Assembly: GCA_964639535.1 (NCBI GenBank)
Contig: CAZXDV010000001.1
Span: 1-40,925, forward strand
Direction: 5' to 3'
Length of the DNA: 40,925 nucleotides
Origin: an uncultured Enterobacteriaceae bacterium
Lineage (GTDB): Bacteria; Pseudomonadota; Gammaproteobacteria; Eutrophobiales; Eutrophobiaceae
Part shown: positions 28,185 to 37,162 of the stretch, piece after piece
How positions within the stretch are numbered: position 1 is the first letter of the stretch
Layout: each line of letters starts with the position of its first letter
Notes under the pieces: model-generated
The model's input: the letters and a program-made list of their open reading frames with translations, nothing else
Told to the model about the DNA's origin: nothing
The model's database searches: none
Made by a program: the position numbers and the translations under genes

Positions 28185-28790
28185 ATGATTACATTAACAG
28201 CCAGACAACTCGAAATCCTTGATTTTATTAGAGAAAGCATCAGGGATAACAACATGCCTCCCACCGTAGCGGAGATTGCACAGGCCATGAATCTCAGTTC
28301 TACCAACGGTGTGCGTGGTCATTTACAGGCCCTGGCCCGTAAAGGCGCCATAGAACTCATACCCAATGCATCAAGGGGTATACGCCTGCTGCAAATTGAC
28401 ATGTTTGAGCAGGGCCTTCCCCTTGTTGGCCGGGTTGCGGCAGGGCAGCCCCTGCTGGCCGAGGAGAATATTGAAGATTACAAGCAGGTAGACCCGGCGC
28501 TTTTTCAGCCTGCAGCCGACTACCTGCTACGTGTACAGGGAGAAAGTATGCGTGATGTAGGCATCCTTGATGGTGATTTGCTGGCGGTGCATCGCCGGCC
28601 CACCGCCGAGGATGGAGAAATCGTAGTAGCACGACTGGAGGATGAAGTCACTGTCAAACGCCTTAACCGGCAAGGCCACATGGTCTACCTGGAAGCGGAA
28701 AATCCCGATTTCCGGGCTATAGAGGTCAACCTGAAAGAAAGCACACTGGACATAGAAGGTATCGCGGTAGGGGTCATACGCCCCCTCTAA
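28185..28790 (+). CDS. lexA: LexA repressor
   Basis: From ATG 28185, MITLTARQLEILDFIRESI..MPPTVAEIAQ aligns with E. coli MKALTARQQEVFDLIRDHI..MPPTRAEIAQ. The Ala-Gly cleavage region (VAAGQP) and the catalytic Ser (GESM) and Lys (VKRL) are present. The track start at TTG 28134 is an artefactual extension. Confidence 0.95.
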   Translation: MITLTARQLEILDFIRESIRDNNMPPTVAEIAQAMNLSSTNGVRGHLQALARKGAIELIPNASRGIRLLQIDMFEQGLPLVGRVAAGQPLLAEENIEDYKQVDPALFQPAADYLLRVQGESMRDVGILDGDLLAVHRRPTAEDGEIVVARLEDEVTVKRLNRQGHMVYLEAENPDFRAIEVNLKESTLDIEGIAVGVIRPL

Positions 28791-28883
28791 ACAGTGTTAA
28801 CAAAATAAGCTCCATATGCCGGGTATATCTTCTCGGGCATAGTATTGGACGCCCTGCTGACGAGAATAAGCTGGAGAAATAGA

Positions 28884-29510
28884 ATGATAAATAGCCAATT
28901 ACAAGATCTTATAATCAACAATCCGCACGTCTGGCTTGGTGACGAAATCACCGAGTCAAAATCAGGTGGCATTCCCACTGGCTACCCGGCGCTGGATGCC
29001 ATCCTTCCGGAAGGCGGCTGGCCGAGGAATGCGATGATGGAAATGCTCACACCCCAGTGGGGCTTTGGTGAGTTACAACTACTCCTGCCGCTGATGCGTT
29101 CCATCACCAGCGAAAAACGCTGGGTGATGCTGGTGGCTCCACCTTATATTCCCTATGCTCCTGCCCTGGCGAATGCTGGTGTCGACATTAACTATATTAT
29201 CAATATCGATCCTGAAACCACCTGCAAGGATGCCATGTGGTCCGTGGAAAAGGCCCTGCAATCCGAAAGCTGTGGTCTCGTGCTGGCCTGGCTGGACTCC
29301 CTGCCAAATGCTGTTGTCAGGCGTCTACAATTGGCTGCCAGCGAAGGACAAACTTCCGGCGTATTATTTCGCCACCGGGAAGCAAAAAACTCACCTGCTT
29401 CACTGCAACTGCGCCTGAAACATACCGACCAGGGTCTTCATGCCCATGTCATCAAGGCCCGAGGTGCAAACCGTTATCGTTCTGCCACGATAAAGCTGCC
29501 TTTTCACTAG
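28884..29510 (+). CDS. imuA: ImuA (SulA/RecA-like translesion synthesis-associated protein)
   Basis: About 208 aa from ATG 28884, with a GGAG SD 7 nt upstream. It has the pattern GIPTGYPALDAILPEGGWPRNAMMEML...GELQLLLP typical of ImuA/SulA-like proteins, and it is positioned between lexA and imuB. Confidence 0.85.
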   Translation: MINSQLQDLIINNPHVWLGDEITESKSGGIPTGYPALDAILPEGGWPRNAMMEMLTPQWGFGELQLLLPLMRSITSEKRWVMLVAPPYIPYAPALANAGVDINYIINIDPETTCKDAMWSVEKALQSESCGLVLAWLDSLPNAVVRRLQLAASEGQTSGVLFRHREAKNSPASLQLRLKHTDQGLHAHVIKARGANRYRSATIKLPFH

Positions 29511-29647
29511 GCCACAGCAACAATCATTAAACGGTAAATTACAGGCAAGATTCACCACAGCGTCACTCCGGACTCCCCGCACCCCACCCCATACCCCGAC
29601 CGGAGTGCCGCTGATTTTTAAGCCTGGCTTTACCGGGTGATCTTGTT

Positions 29648-31183
29648 ATGCGTACCCTGCTTGATCGTTCACCCTGGTATGAGCATTTTGATGAACAGGC
29701 TCACCCACAGGATGAAAAATCTGCTTTAGCCAGGACTGATCTATGGCTGGCTGTCGATCTTCCCGAGCTGGATCTTGAATGCTCAGGGCATGACTACCAG
29801 GGCTCGGCATTTGTTGTCCTTGAGGAAGTCGCTGGCATGCACTATGTCCACAATGCATCGGAATTAGCCCGGCAGAAAGGGATTTCCCGGGGAATGACAA
29901 TCAATGCCGCGCTTGCGGTTTGCGAGACACTGAAGAGCGCTAATATTGACCCCGTCGCGCAGCAAGACAAGCTGGAGGAACTGGTCGCAGATTCCATGCA
30001 GTTGAGTTCACGGGTTAGCATTGCACCCCCTACGTCTTTTCTACTGGAAGTTGCCGGCAGTATCAGGTACTTCGGCTCGCTGGAGATGATTCAACAAAAA
30101 CTGGCGCAGAGCCTTAAAAAAAAACTGCAATCCACATTTAACATGGTTGTCTCCCCTGTTCCTGCCGCCAGCCTGTTACTGGCCAGGTCAGGTTATAAAA
30201 ACATAATACATGGGCTTGATGAATTACGTTCAGTGTCAGGTGCATTACCGGTTAATGCCTTGCCCATTGATGATAAATCTCTCTCGCAACTGGATAAAAT
30301 TGGTGTGCGTGTACTGAGGGATCTCTGGCGCTTGCCTGTCAGTGAGCTGGCTAGACGTTTTGATGCAGATTTTGTCAGTTACCTGGAGACCCTTCTTGGC
30401 AGGAAACAGGAGCTATTATCTCTTCACTATCCTGCGCCCCGTTTTAACAGGCGGATTTCTTTTACGCGGGACATGAGACAAAACCACGGCTTGCTACCTC
30501 ACATTGATAGCCTGCTGGACAAGCTGGTTGTTTTTCTCAGGCACTACGACCTTTATACAAATCATTTTTTGATCTACCTGGAACACAGGCAGCGTGATAC
30601 GACTGCCATGAATTTTTTCCTGAGACAGCCTTCGCGGGACAAGCATCATTTCCTGGGGCTGGTTGAAACTGATCTTCAACAACGTCAACTCCCCGGGCCT
30701 GTGATCGGCCTTGAACTCCTGGCCGAGGAGTTTCATGAGTTTCATAGTAAAACACGTGAATTATTCAGTCACGATCCTGGGAGCAGTGATGATGATGAAG
30801 ATATCCAGGGCCTGCTGGATCAGCTTCGAGTTAGACTGGGCCGGGAGAAGATTTCACACCTGTCCTGCTGTGCCGATCATCGTCCTGAATATGCCGGTTT
30901 ACTTTACCGACACTCCCCTGGTAGCAGCACCGCAGGCCTGAAGAATCGTCCGCTCTGGTTATTACCCGAACCTCACCCGTTAAGGCAGGGAATAAACCAG
31001 CTTTACTATAAAGGGCCTGTCCATATCTGCTCGGGTCCGGAACGTATAGAAACAGGCTGGTGGGATGGACACGATATACGGCGCGATTATTACACTGCTA
31101 TAGATGAACTCGCTGGTGGGTTATGGATTTATCGCGATCTGAAGTCAGAAAACTGCTGGTACCTGCATGGCCTGTTTGGCTGA
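29648..31183 (+). CDS. imuB: ImuB (Y-family DNA polymerase-like, catalytically inactive adaptor)
   Basis: 511 aa. LWLAVDLPELDLE near the N-terminus is the typical ImuB opening and the body is Y-family-like. It lies immediately upstream of dnaE2. Confidence 0.85.
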   Translation: MRTLLDRSPWYEHFDEQAHPQDEKSALARTDLWLAVDLPELDLECSGHDYQGSAFVVLEEVAGMHYVHNASELARQKGISRGMTINAALAVCETLKSANIDPVAQQDKLEELVADSMQLSSRVSIAPPTSFLLEVAGSIRYFGSLEMIQQKLAQSLKKKLQSTFNMVVSPVPAASLLLARSGYKNIIHGLDELRSVSGALPVNALPIDDKSLSQLDKIGVRVLRDLWRLPVSELARRFDADFVSYLETLLGRKQELLSLHYPAPRFNRRISFTRDMRQNHGLLPHIDSLLDKLVVFLRHYDLYTNHFLIYLEHRQRDTTAMNFFLRQPSRDKHHFLGLVETDLQQRQLPGPVIGLELLAEEFHEFHSKTRELFSHDPGSSDDDEDIQGLLDQLRVRLGREKISHLSCCADHRPEYAGLLYRHSPGSSTAGLKNRPLWLLPEPHPLRQGINQLYYKGPVHICSGPERIETGWWDGHDIRRDYYTAIDELAGGLWIYRDLKSENCWYLHGLFG

Positions 31184-31184
31184 G

Positions 31185-34100
31185 ATGGAAAAAGGTATAG
31201 ATTACGCTGAGCTTCATTGCATCAGTAACTTTACATTCTTAAGAGGTGCATCTCATCCCGAGGAACTGGTCAGCCAGGCTGACCATCTCGGTTACAGGGC
31301 GATAGCTATTACCGATGAATGCAGTCTTTCAGGGGCTGTACGTGCTTACGTAGAGGCAAAGCAAAAAAACATCAAGCTGATAGTTGGCAGTGAATTTCGA
31401 ATCATGGAAGGCCCTTCCTGTGTTTTGCTCGCCACGAACCGTAAGTCTTATGGTCAACTTTCTCACCTGGTGACTGAATCCCGTCGACGGGCCACCAAGG
31501 GGTACTATTATCTTGATCGTTCTCTTTTTGTTGAGCATCTTCCGCGTGACTGTCTCGCCCTTTATCTTCCCAACCAGCGTTCGAAAACATGCAGAATGGA
31601 GGAACTGAGCTGGTTATCCGAATTATTCCCGGGAAGTTGCTGGATAGCCGTGGAGCTTATGCTTGACGGGAATGATCGAATTTACCTGGAGGAACTGGAA
31701 GCACTTGGCAGAGAGCTGGGTTTGAATCTCTGCGCATGCGGTGACGTGCATATGCACACCAGGAAACGTCGGTATTTACAAAACACCCTGGCAGCCATTC
31801 GGCTTGGCAAACCACTTGACCAGCTTGGTTATGAAATACATGCCAACGGTGAGAGGTATCTTCGTGAACCGGCAAGGCTGGCAAAACTGTATCCTCCAGC
31901 CTTGCTCGCAGAGAGTATCAAGATCAGCAAGCTCTGCCATTTTTCCCTGGGCGAACTTCGCTATGAATACCCGGCGGAGCTCGTGCCTGCGAAGCACACT
32001 CCCCAGTCGTGGTTACGGCAGCTGGTGCAGCAGGGCCTGGAAAAACGCTGGCCAGGTGGGGTTCCGGACAAGGTTGCCAGGCTGGTAGAGAGAGAACTGG
32101 CCCTGATCAATGAATTAAATTATGAGCAATACTTTCTCACCGTACATGACATCGTAAAATTTGCCCGGGAACAGGATATTCTTTGCCAGGGAAGAGGTTC
32201 AGCCGCAAATTCTTCAGTATGTTACTGCCTTGGCATTACCGAGGTTGACCCTGCACGTATGGATCTTCTTTTTGAACGTTTTATATCCAGGGAGCGCGGC
32301 GAACCACCCGATATTGATGTGGACTTTGAGCATGAACGCCGCGAAGAAGTTATTCAGTATATTTACAGGAAATACGGGCGCGATCGCGCTGCACTTACTG
32401 CGACTGTTGTCACCTACAAGGTGAAGAGCGCAATTCGGGATGTAGGCAAAGCCCTGGGCATGAGTCTTACCCAGGTAGATAGCCTGAGCAAGGCGATCAC
32501 CTGGTGGGACAGGGATATTATCTCGCGCTTTGAGAGCGCAGGGTTTTCGCTAAAAAGCCCACCAATCAGGAGACTGGTCCACCTGGTAAACGAATTGCTC
32601 CATTTCCCGCGTCACCTGTCCCAGCATGTCGGTGGCTTTGTCATAAGCCAGGGACAGCTCTCTCAACTGGTTCCGATAGAGAACGCAAGCATGCCCGAAC
32701 GAAGTGTTATTCAATGGGAGAAACATGACCTGGAAGCTATCGGCTTACTGAAGATAGACGTGCTTTCGCTGGGCATGTTGACCGCCATACGCAAATCTAT
32801 CGATCTCATCAACAGCTACCAGGACCAGCACCTTTCTCTCAGTAACATTCCCCCTGAAGATCCGGCTGTCTACAGGATGATTCAAAAGGCAGATACGATA
32901 GGGGTATTCCAGATAGAGTCGAGGGCGCAAATGAGCATGCTGCCAAGACTCAAACCGCGTAATTACTATGATCTTGTAATACAAATTGCCATCGTGCGTC
33001 CGGGGCCTATTCAAGGAGAAATGGTGCACCCCTATCTTGCCCGAAGGAATGGACGGGAAAAGATTACATACCCGGGGGATGCCGTAAAAAAAGTACTTAA
33101 AAGAACACTGGGTGTGCCAATTTTCCAGGAGCAGGTGATGCAACTTGCTATCGTTGCAGCAGGTTTTAATCCGGGCGAAGCAGACCAGTTGCGTCGCAGT
33201 ATGGCTGCGTGGAATCGGAAAGGTGGCCTGGAGGTTTTTGAAGAAAAACTGTTAACCGGCATGAAACAGCGGGGATATAGCGAAAGCTTTGCCCGGCAGA
33301 TATATAAACAGATAAAAGGTTTTGGGGAATACGGTTTTCCAGAGTCGCATTCAGCCAGTTTTGCCCTGCTCGCCTATGCATCTTCCTGGCTGAAATACTA
33401 TCACCCCGCTGCTTTTACCTGTGCCCTGTTAAATAGCCAACCGATGGGATTTTACAGCCCCGCGCAGTTATTAAATGATGCAAGGCGACACAACGTTTCA
33501 ATATTACCAGTTGATATTAACTACAGCGACTACGATTCCTCCCTGTATTTCACGGGCAAACAACGAGAGGAAGCACCCGCTTTACGTCTTGGTCTTCGTC
33601 TCGTTAAAGGGCTGGCTGAAGCAGATGCATCATTACTCGTTCAGCAGAGGAAAGAGGGTGAGTACAGAAGCATAGAAGACTTTATCCAGCGTACTGGATT
33701 ATCCAGCAAGGCTGTGCAGTGTCTCGCAGATGCAGACGCTTTTTGTAGCATGAGTGAAGATAGACATCGTAGTTACTGGAGTGCACTTGATGCGAGAAAC
33801 CATACGCCACTTTTCGGTCCGGGCAGAACAGCTGGTGCCTCTATCATGCTCCCCAAACCCTCTGAAGGTGAGGACATACTGGCGGACTATGCCAGCACTG
33901 GTTTCACCCTGCGACGTCATCCACTGTCTTTACTACGGCCTCGACTGGAAAAGCTGGGCGCCGTAAAAGCCGCAGATTTATGGAGCCTGCAAAATGACAC
34001 GCTGACACGGGTAGCAGGTATAGTCACCAGCCGTCAACGGCCGGGAACAGCTTCCGGCGTGATGTTTTTTACCCTGGAAGATGAAAGCGGTTTCATGAAT

Positions 34101-34280
34101 ATCATCATCTGGTCCTCGGTGATTACCCGCTACCGGGACTTTATCAGCAAAGTAAGCCTGCTGCAGGTAGACGGAAAGGTACAACAGCACGAAGGAGTGT
34201 TACATATCGTCGCCCAACAGCTCTATGACAGGAGTCATTGGATTAAGGATATGAAATTCAAATCAAGAAATTTTTGTTAA
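31185..34280 (+). CDS. dnaE2: Error-prone DNA polymerase DnaE2 (ImuC)
   Basis: A protein of about 1030 aa. The PHP domain opening is YAELHCISNFTFLRGASHPEELV, followed by the pol III alpha core (GRGSAANS..CY.LGIT..DP, FERFIS.ER..PPDID.DF) and a C-terminal OB fold. An alternative start is ATG 31167, which overlaps imuB. Confidence 0.93.
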   Translation: MEKGIDYAELHCISNFTFLRGASHPEELVSQADHLGYRAIAITDECSLSGAVRAYVEAKQKNIKLIVGSEFRIMEGPSCVLLATNRKSYGQLSHLVTESRRRATKGYYYLDRSLFVEHLPRDCLALYLPNQRSKTCRMEELSWLSELFPGSCWIAVELMLDGNDRIYLEELEALGRELGLNLCACGDVHMHTRKRRYLQNTLAAIRLGKPLDQLGYEIHANGERYLREPARLAKLYPPALLAESIKISKLCHFSLGELRYEYPAELVPAKHTPQSWLRQLVQQGLEKRWPGGVPDKVARLVERELALINELNYEQYFLTVHDIVKFAREQDILCQGRGSAANSSVCYCLGITEVDPARMDLLFERFISRERGEPPDIDVDFEHERREEVIQYIYRKYGRDRAALTATVVTYKVKSAIRDVGKALGMSLTQVDSLSKAITWWDRDIISRFESAGFSLKSPPIRRLVHLVNELLHFPRHLSQHVGGFVISQGQLSQLVPIENASMPERSVIQWEKHDLEAIGLLKIDVLSLGMLTAIRKSIDLINSYQDQHLSLSNIPPEDPAVYRMIQKADTIGVFQIESRAQMSMLPRLKPRNYYDLVIQIAIVRPGPIQGEMVHPYLARRNGREKITYPGDAVKKVLKRTLGVPIFQEQVMQLAIVAAGFNPGEADQLRRSMAAWNRKGGLEVFEEKLLTGMKQRGYSESFARQIYKQIKGFGEYGFPESHSASFALLAYASSWLKYYHPAAFTCALLNSQPMGFYSPAQLLNDARRHNVSILPVDINYSDYDSSLYFTGKQREEAPALRLGLRLVKGLAEADASLLVQQRKEGEYRSIEDFIQRTGLSSKAVQCLADADAFCSMSEDRHRSYWSALDARNHTPLFGPGRTAGASIMLPKPSEGEDILADYASTGFTLRRHPLSLLRPRLEKLGAVKAADLWSLQNDTLTRVAGIVTSRQRPGTASGVMFFTLEDESGFMNIIIWSSVITRYRDFISKVSLLQVDGKVQQHEGVLHIVAQQLYDRSHWIKDMKFKSRNFC

Positions 34281-34291
34281 CACAGGTAATA

Positions 34292-35122
34292 TTAATCAAT
34301 CACGCTTTGCTTAAGAGCATAGGCCACATCAAGCGCCTGTCGATTCTCCTTGATATCGTGCACACGAATCATATCTACTCCTGCCATGACAGCCAGTGCA
34401 GTGGTTGCGCAGGTTGCACCTACCAGCTCGCTGTATTTATCAATATCACAAATTGACCCCATGAATCTTTTACGACTGGCACCAAGAAGAACCCCATACC
34501 CCGTGTCCTTGAATTTTCCGAGGTTGGCAACAAGATCGAGATTATTTTGCTTGCTCTTGCCAAAACCGATACCCGGGTCAATCAGGATATTACTGCTCTT
34601 CACTCCCACGGCTTCGGCGACGGAGGCCTGCTGTACAAGAAAAGACAATATCTCCTCGAGTGCATTTTCATAACGCGGCGCGTCCTGCATGTTTTTCGGC
34701 TGTCCCTGCATATGCATAATGATGTAGGGCGCACCTGTTTCTGCAGCAAAGGCAAACATATTCTCATCCTCACGCCCGGCAGAAACATCATTGATGATAC
34801 TGGCGCCGGCCTCAAATGCCTTTCTCGCTACAAGCGAAGAAGTAGTATCTATACTGATAGGAGTCGAACTGCCGGGGCCCGCTTTCAGGGATTCAATAAC
34901 GGGGATAACCCGCTTCAGCTGCTCTTCGGCGGGAACCCTGTCGGCGCCGGGGCGCGTTGATTCTCCACCAATATCCAGGATGTCCGCTCCCTCCTCTATC
35001 ATCGACAGCGCATGCTCTATTGCGATGTCTTTCTGGAAGTGTTCTCCCTCGTTAGAAAAACTGTCGGGAGTGACATTGAGTATGCCCATCAGGGCGGGTT
35101 TACCTGGACCCCCGGGGTTCAT
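34292..35122 (-). CDS. folP: Dihydropteroate synthase
   Basis: LMGILNVTPDSFS, DIGGESTRPG and the GASRKRF blocks are present. The ATG overlaps the pip stop (ATGA). Confidence 0.93.
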   Translation of the reverse strand: MNPGGPGKPALMGILNVTPDSFSNEGEHFQKDIAIEHALSMIEEGADILDIGGESTRPGADRVPAEEQLKRVIPVIESLKAGPGSSTPISIDTTSSLVARKAFEAGASIINDVSAGREDENMFAFAAETGAPYIIMHMQGQPKNMQDAPRYENALEEILSFLVQQASVAEAVGVKSSNILIDPGIGFGKSKQNNLDLVANLGKFKDTGYGVLLGASRKRFMGSICDIDKYSELVGATCATTALAVMAGVDMIRVHDIKENRQALDVAYALKQSVID

Positions 35123-36072
35123 TTGATGATCCTGGCCATCTTGTCCGTTGCAGTAACCAGTGCATCTACCATGGGCTCCTCGCCGGCAAGGTGCCCCCCT
35201 TCCCTTACGATGACCAGCTCAGCCTTTGGCAATGATTGTTTCAAAAGCCACGATGCCTCCACCAGGCAGGTCAGATCCCTTCTGCCGTGGATGATGTGAA
35301 TTGGGACATCAGGAAGCCTGTGTACATTTTCCAGTATCTGGTTTTCTTCGATGAAGTATTTTTCTTTGGCGTAATGGGTCTCGATAAGAACTTCATTCAC
35401 GGTCTGCTCGACATTATCTGGTCGATATGAGTCAGGATTCACGCCCTTGAGGAGGTAAGTCACAATTCTGCCCGCCCATATGGACCAGGCCATGGCAGCT
35501 TTTTCTCTCTCGCCTTTATCACTACCATGAACACGAGCATGGTAGGCTGAAACAAGGTCTCCCCTTTCACCTACTGGTATAACATCTACAAACTCTTTCC
35601 AGTACTCGGGAAATACGTGATTTGCGCCATCATTGATAAACCAGTCCAGGTCCCACTTACGAGCCAGGAAAGTTCCACGTAAAATGATCCCTGAGACATT
35701 TGCCGAGTGATGCTGTGCATAGAGTAATGCCAGGGTTGCTCCCCATGAACCGCCAAAAAGCAGCCACTTTCCTATATTCAATGTAGCTCGAATATGCTCG
35801 AGGTCTTCAAGTAATTTCCAGGTCGTATTTGAATCAGTTAAACCATTTGGCCTGGAGCGGTTACACCCACGCTGATCAAAGTTGATGATGTGATACTTAT
35901 CGGGATCAAAATATCGCCGATGGTTGGCATTACTACCGCCCCCGGGGCCGCCATGAAGAAAAACCACTGGAATACCGTCCGGCTTACCGCTTTGTTCAAA
36001 ATAGATCTCGTGCCCATCTGCCTTAAACCGTTGGCTGGAAAAGGGCTCGATCTCAGGATAGAGGCTTTGCAT
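35119..36072 (-). CDS. pip: Prolyl aminopeptidase (proline iminopeptidase, alpha/beta hydrolase)
   Basis: 317 aa. It has VVFLHGGPGGG, FDQRGCNRS and the nucleophile elbow GGSWG, collinear with bacterial Pip. Confidence 0.9.
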   Translation of the reverse strand: MQSLYPEIEPFSSQRFKADGHEIYFEQSGKPDGIPVVFLHGGPGGGSNANHRRYFDPDKYHIINFDQRGCNRSRPNGLTDSNTTWKLLEDLEHIRATLNIGKWLLFGGSWGATLALLYAQHHSANVSGIILRGTFLARKWDLDWFINDGANHVFPEYWKEFVDVIPVGERGDLVSAYHARVHGSDKGEREKAAMAWSIWAGRIVTYLLKGVNPDSYRPDNVEQTVNEVLIETHYAKEKYFIEENQILENVHRLPDVPIHIIHGRRDLTCLVEASWLLKQSLPKAELVIVREGGHLAGEEPMVDALVTATDKMARIIK

Positions 36073-36112
36073 TTGAATATTGGCGAATTACGGGTGAACA
36101 GCAGGATTACTA

Positions 36113-37060
36113 TCAGATATCGCCGAGAATTTCCTTTCTCTTTGCGCTGTATTCCTCTTCGGAGATAAAACCTTTTTGCTTCAACCCTTCAAGCTGCTCA
36201 AGTCTCTCCTCTATTGTTCTTTCAACTTTCTGTCCGCTGGACTGTTGTTTCATTTCCTTGCGCAGCCTTGCCATTTCGAGTCTCATTTCACGTCGTTCCC
36301 GGGCCGAGCGTTCCTGCTCCTGGCGTAATCTCTCGTCGACAACTGTTGTGGCGTTCTGCAATTCCTCCCCTGCCTGCAAAGCGGCATACGCTGCCGATGC
36401 CTTTTTTATATCAATAACAAACCAGTCCTTCCTGGTCTTACCATTGTCTTTATAAGTATCAAGACCATCAGAAAGTATAATCGCCTTTTTAAAGCTGGAC
36501 TTCTTGGCACGCTTACCTGGTTTGAAATAGTACCTGATTTCAGAAGTACTACCTGAACCCTGGTAGGCACGTTCCTTAAACTTGTCTCCAAGCTTATCGT
36601 ATTCACCCAGGATTACGTGTAGCTTGCCATCAAGATAAAACGCACGACCCGAGGTGTAGGTGGTGTCCTTCATCACGAGAAAACTCTTTTTTCTGCGAGT
36701 CAGGGCAAAAACAATATCCTGGTCAGGTCGGGCCTTGGCAAGACCTGCAGCGATGTAGCTTCCCAATAACCTGGCCTGCTGAAGGGAAAAAACACTCTCC
36801 GCCTCATCGTCATCTTTCAGGGCACCGGTAAAAAAACTCTTGTCCCATACCAGGATGGAATTGAGGGAATCCCTGATTTCCCTTGGATTCAGGCTAACCG
36901 GATGTTGGTTGGGGATAAAGCTACCATCCTTGTACTTGTCCTGCTTGTCCAGCTTGATATACAGGTTGGCGCCGGATTTCCACAGCACCTCATCTGCGTA
37001 GCTCATAAATGCAGGCACGAGCAACACCAGGAAGATTACAAGGGTCCTTAGTTTATTCAT
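36113..37060 (-). CDS. Secreted hypothetical protein with C-terminal coiled coil and SHOCT domain
   Basis: Signal peptide MNKLRTLVIFLVLLVPAFMSYA, then about 200 aa I cannot assign, then a charged coiled coil (RLRQEQERSARERREMRLEMARLRKEM). The terminal LEQLEGLKQKGFISEEEYSAKRKEIL matches the SHOCT consensus. Confidence 0.7.
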   Translation of the reverse strand: MNKLRTLVIFLVLLVPAFMSYADEVLWKSGANLYIKLDKQDKYKDGSFIPNQHPVSLNPREIRDSLNSILVWDKSFFTGALKDDDEAESVFSLQQARLLGSYIAAGLAKARPDQDIVFALTRRKKSFLVMKDTTYTSGRAFYLDGKLHVILGEYDKLGDKFKERAYQGSGSTSEIRYYFKPGKRAKKSSFKKAIILSDGLDTYKDNGKTRKDWFVIDIKKASAAYAALQAGEELQNATTVVDERLRQEQERSARERREMRLEMARLRKEMKQQSSGQKVERTIEERLEQLEGLKQKGFISEEEYSAKRKEILGDI

Positions 37061-37104
37061 CAATTGTTAGACAACTTAAAAGACAACTTTATTCATGGGC
37101 AATG

Positions 37105-37135
37105 AAAAAAGGCGCACTAAAAGTGCGCCTTTTTA
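37105..37135. terminator. Bidirectional rho-independent terminator between the porin gene and the SHOCT-protein gene region
   Basis: AAAAAA-GGCGCAC-TAAAA-GTGCGCC-TTTTT. The 7-bp GC-rich stem is flanked by an A-run and a T-run. It lies 28 nt downstream of the porin stop (minus strand). Confidence 0.8.
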
Positions 37136-37162
37136 TATACAGCTTGTACTACTGGCTGATGC

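Noticed and set aside
28791-28883. Separate SOS box upstream of imuA
   Set aside because: There is only a weak resemblance (GTGTTAACAAAATAAG, with no CAG/CTG pair). imuA is more simply read as co-transcribed with lexA.
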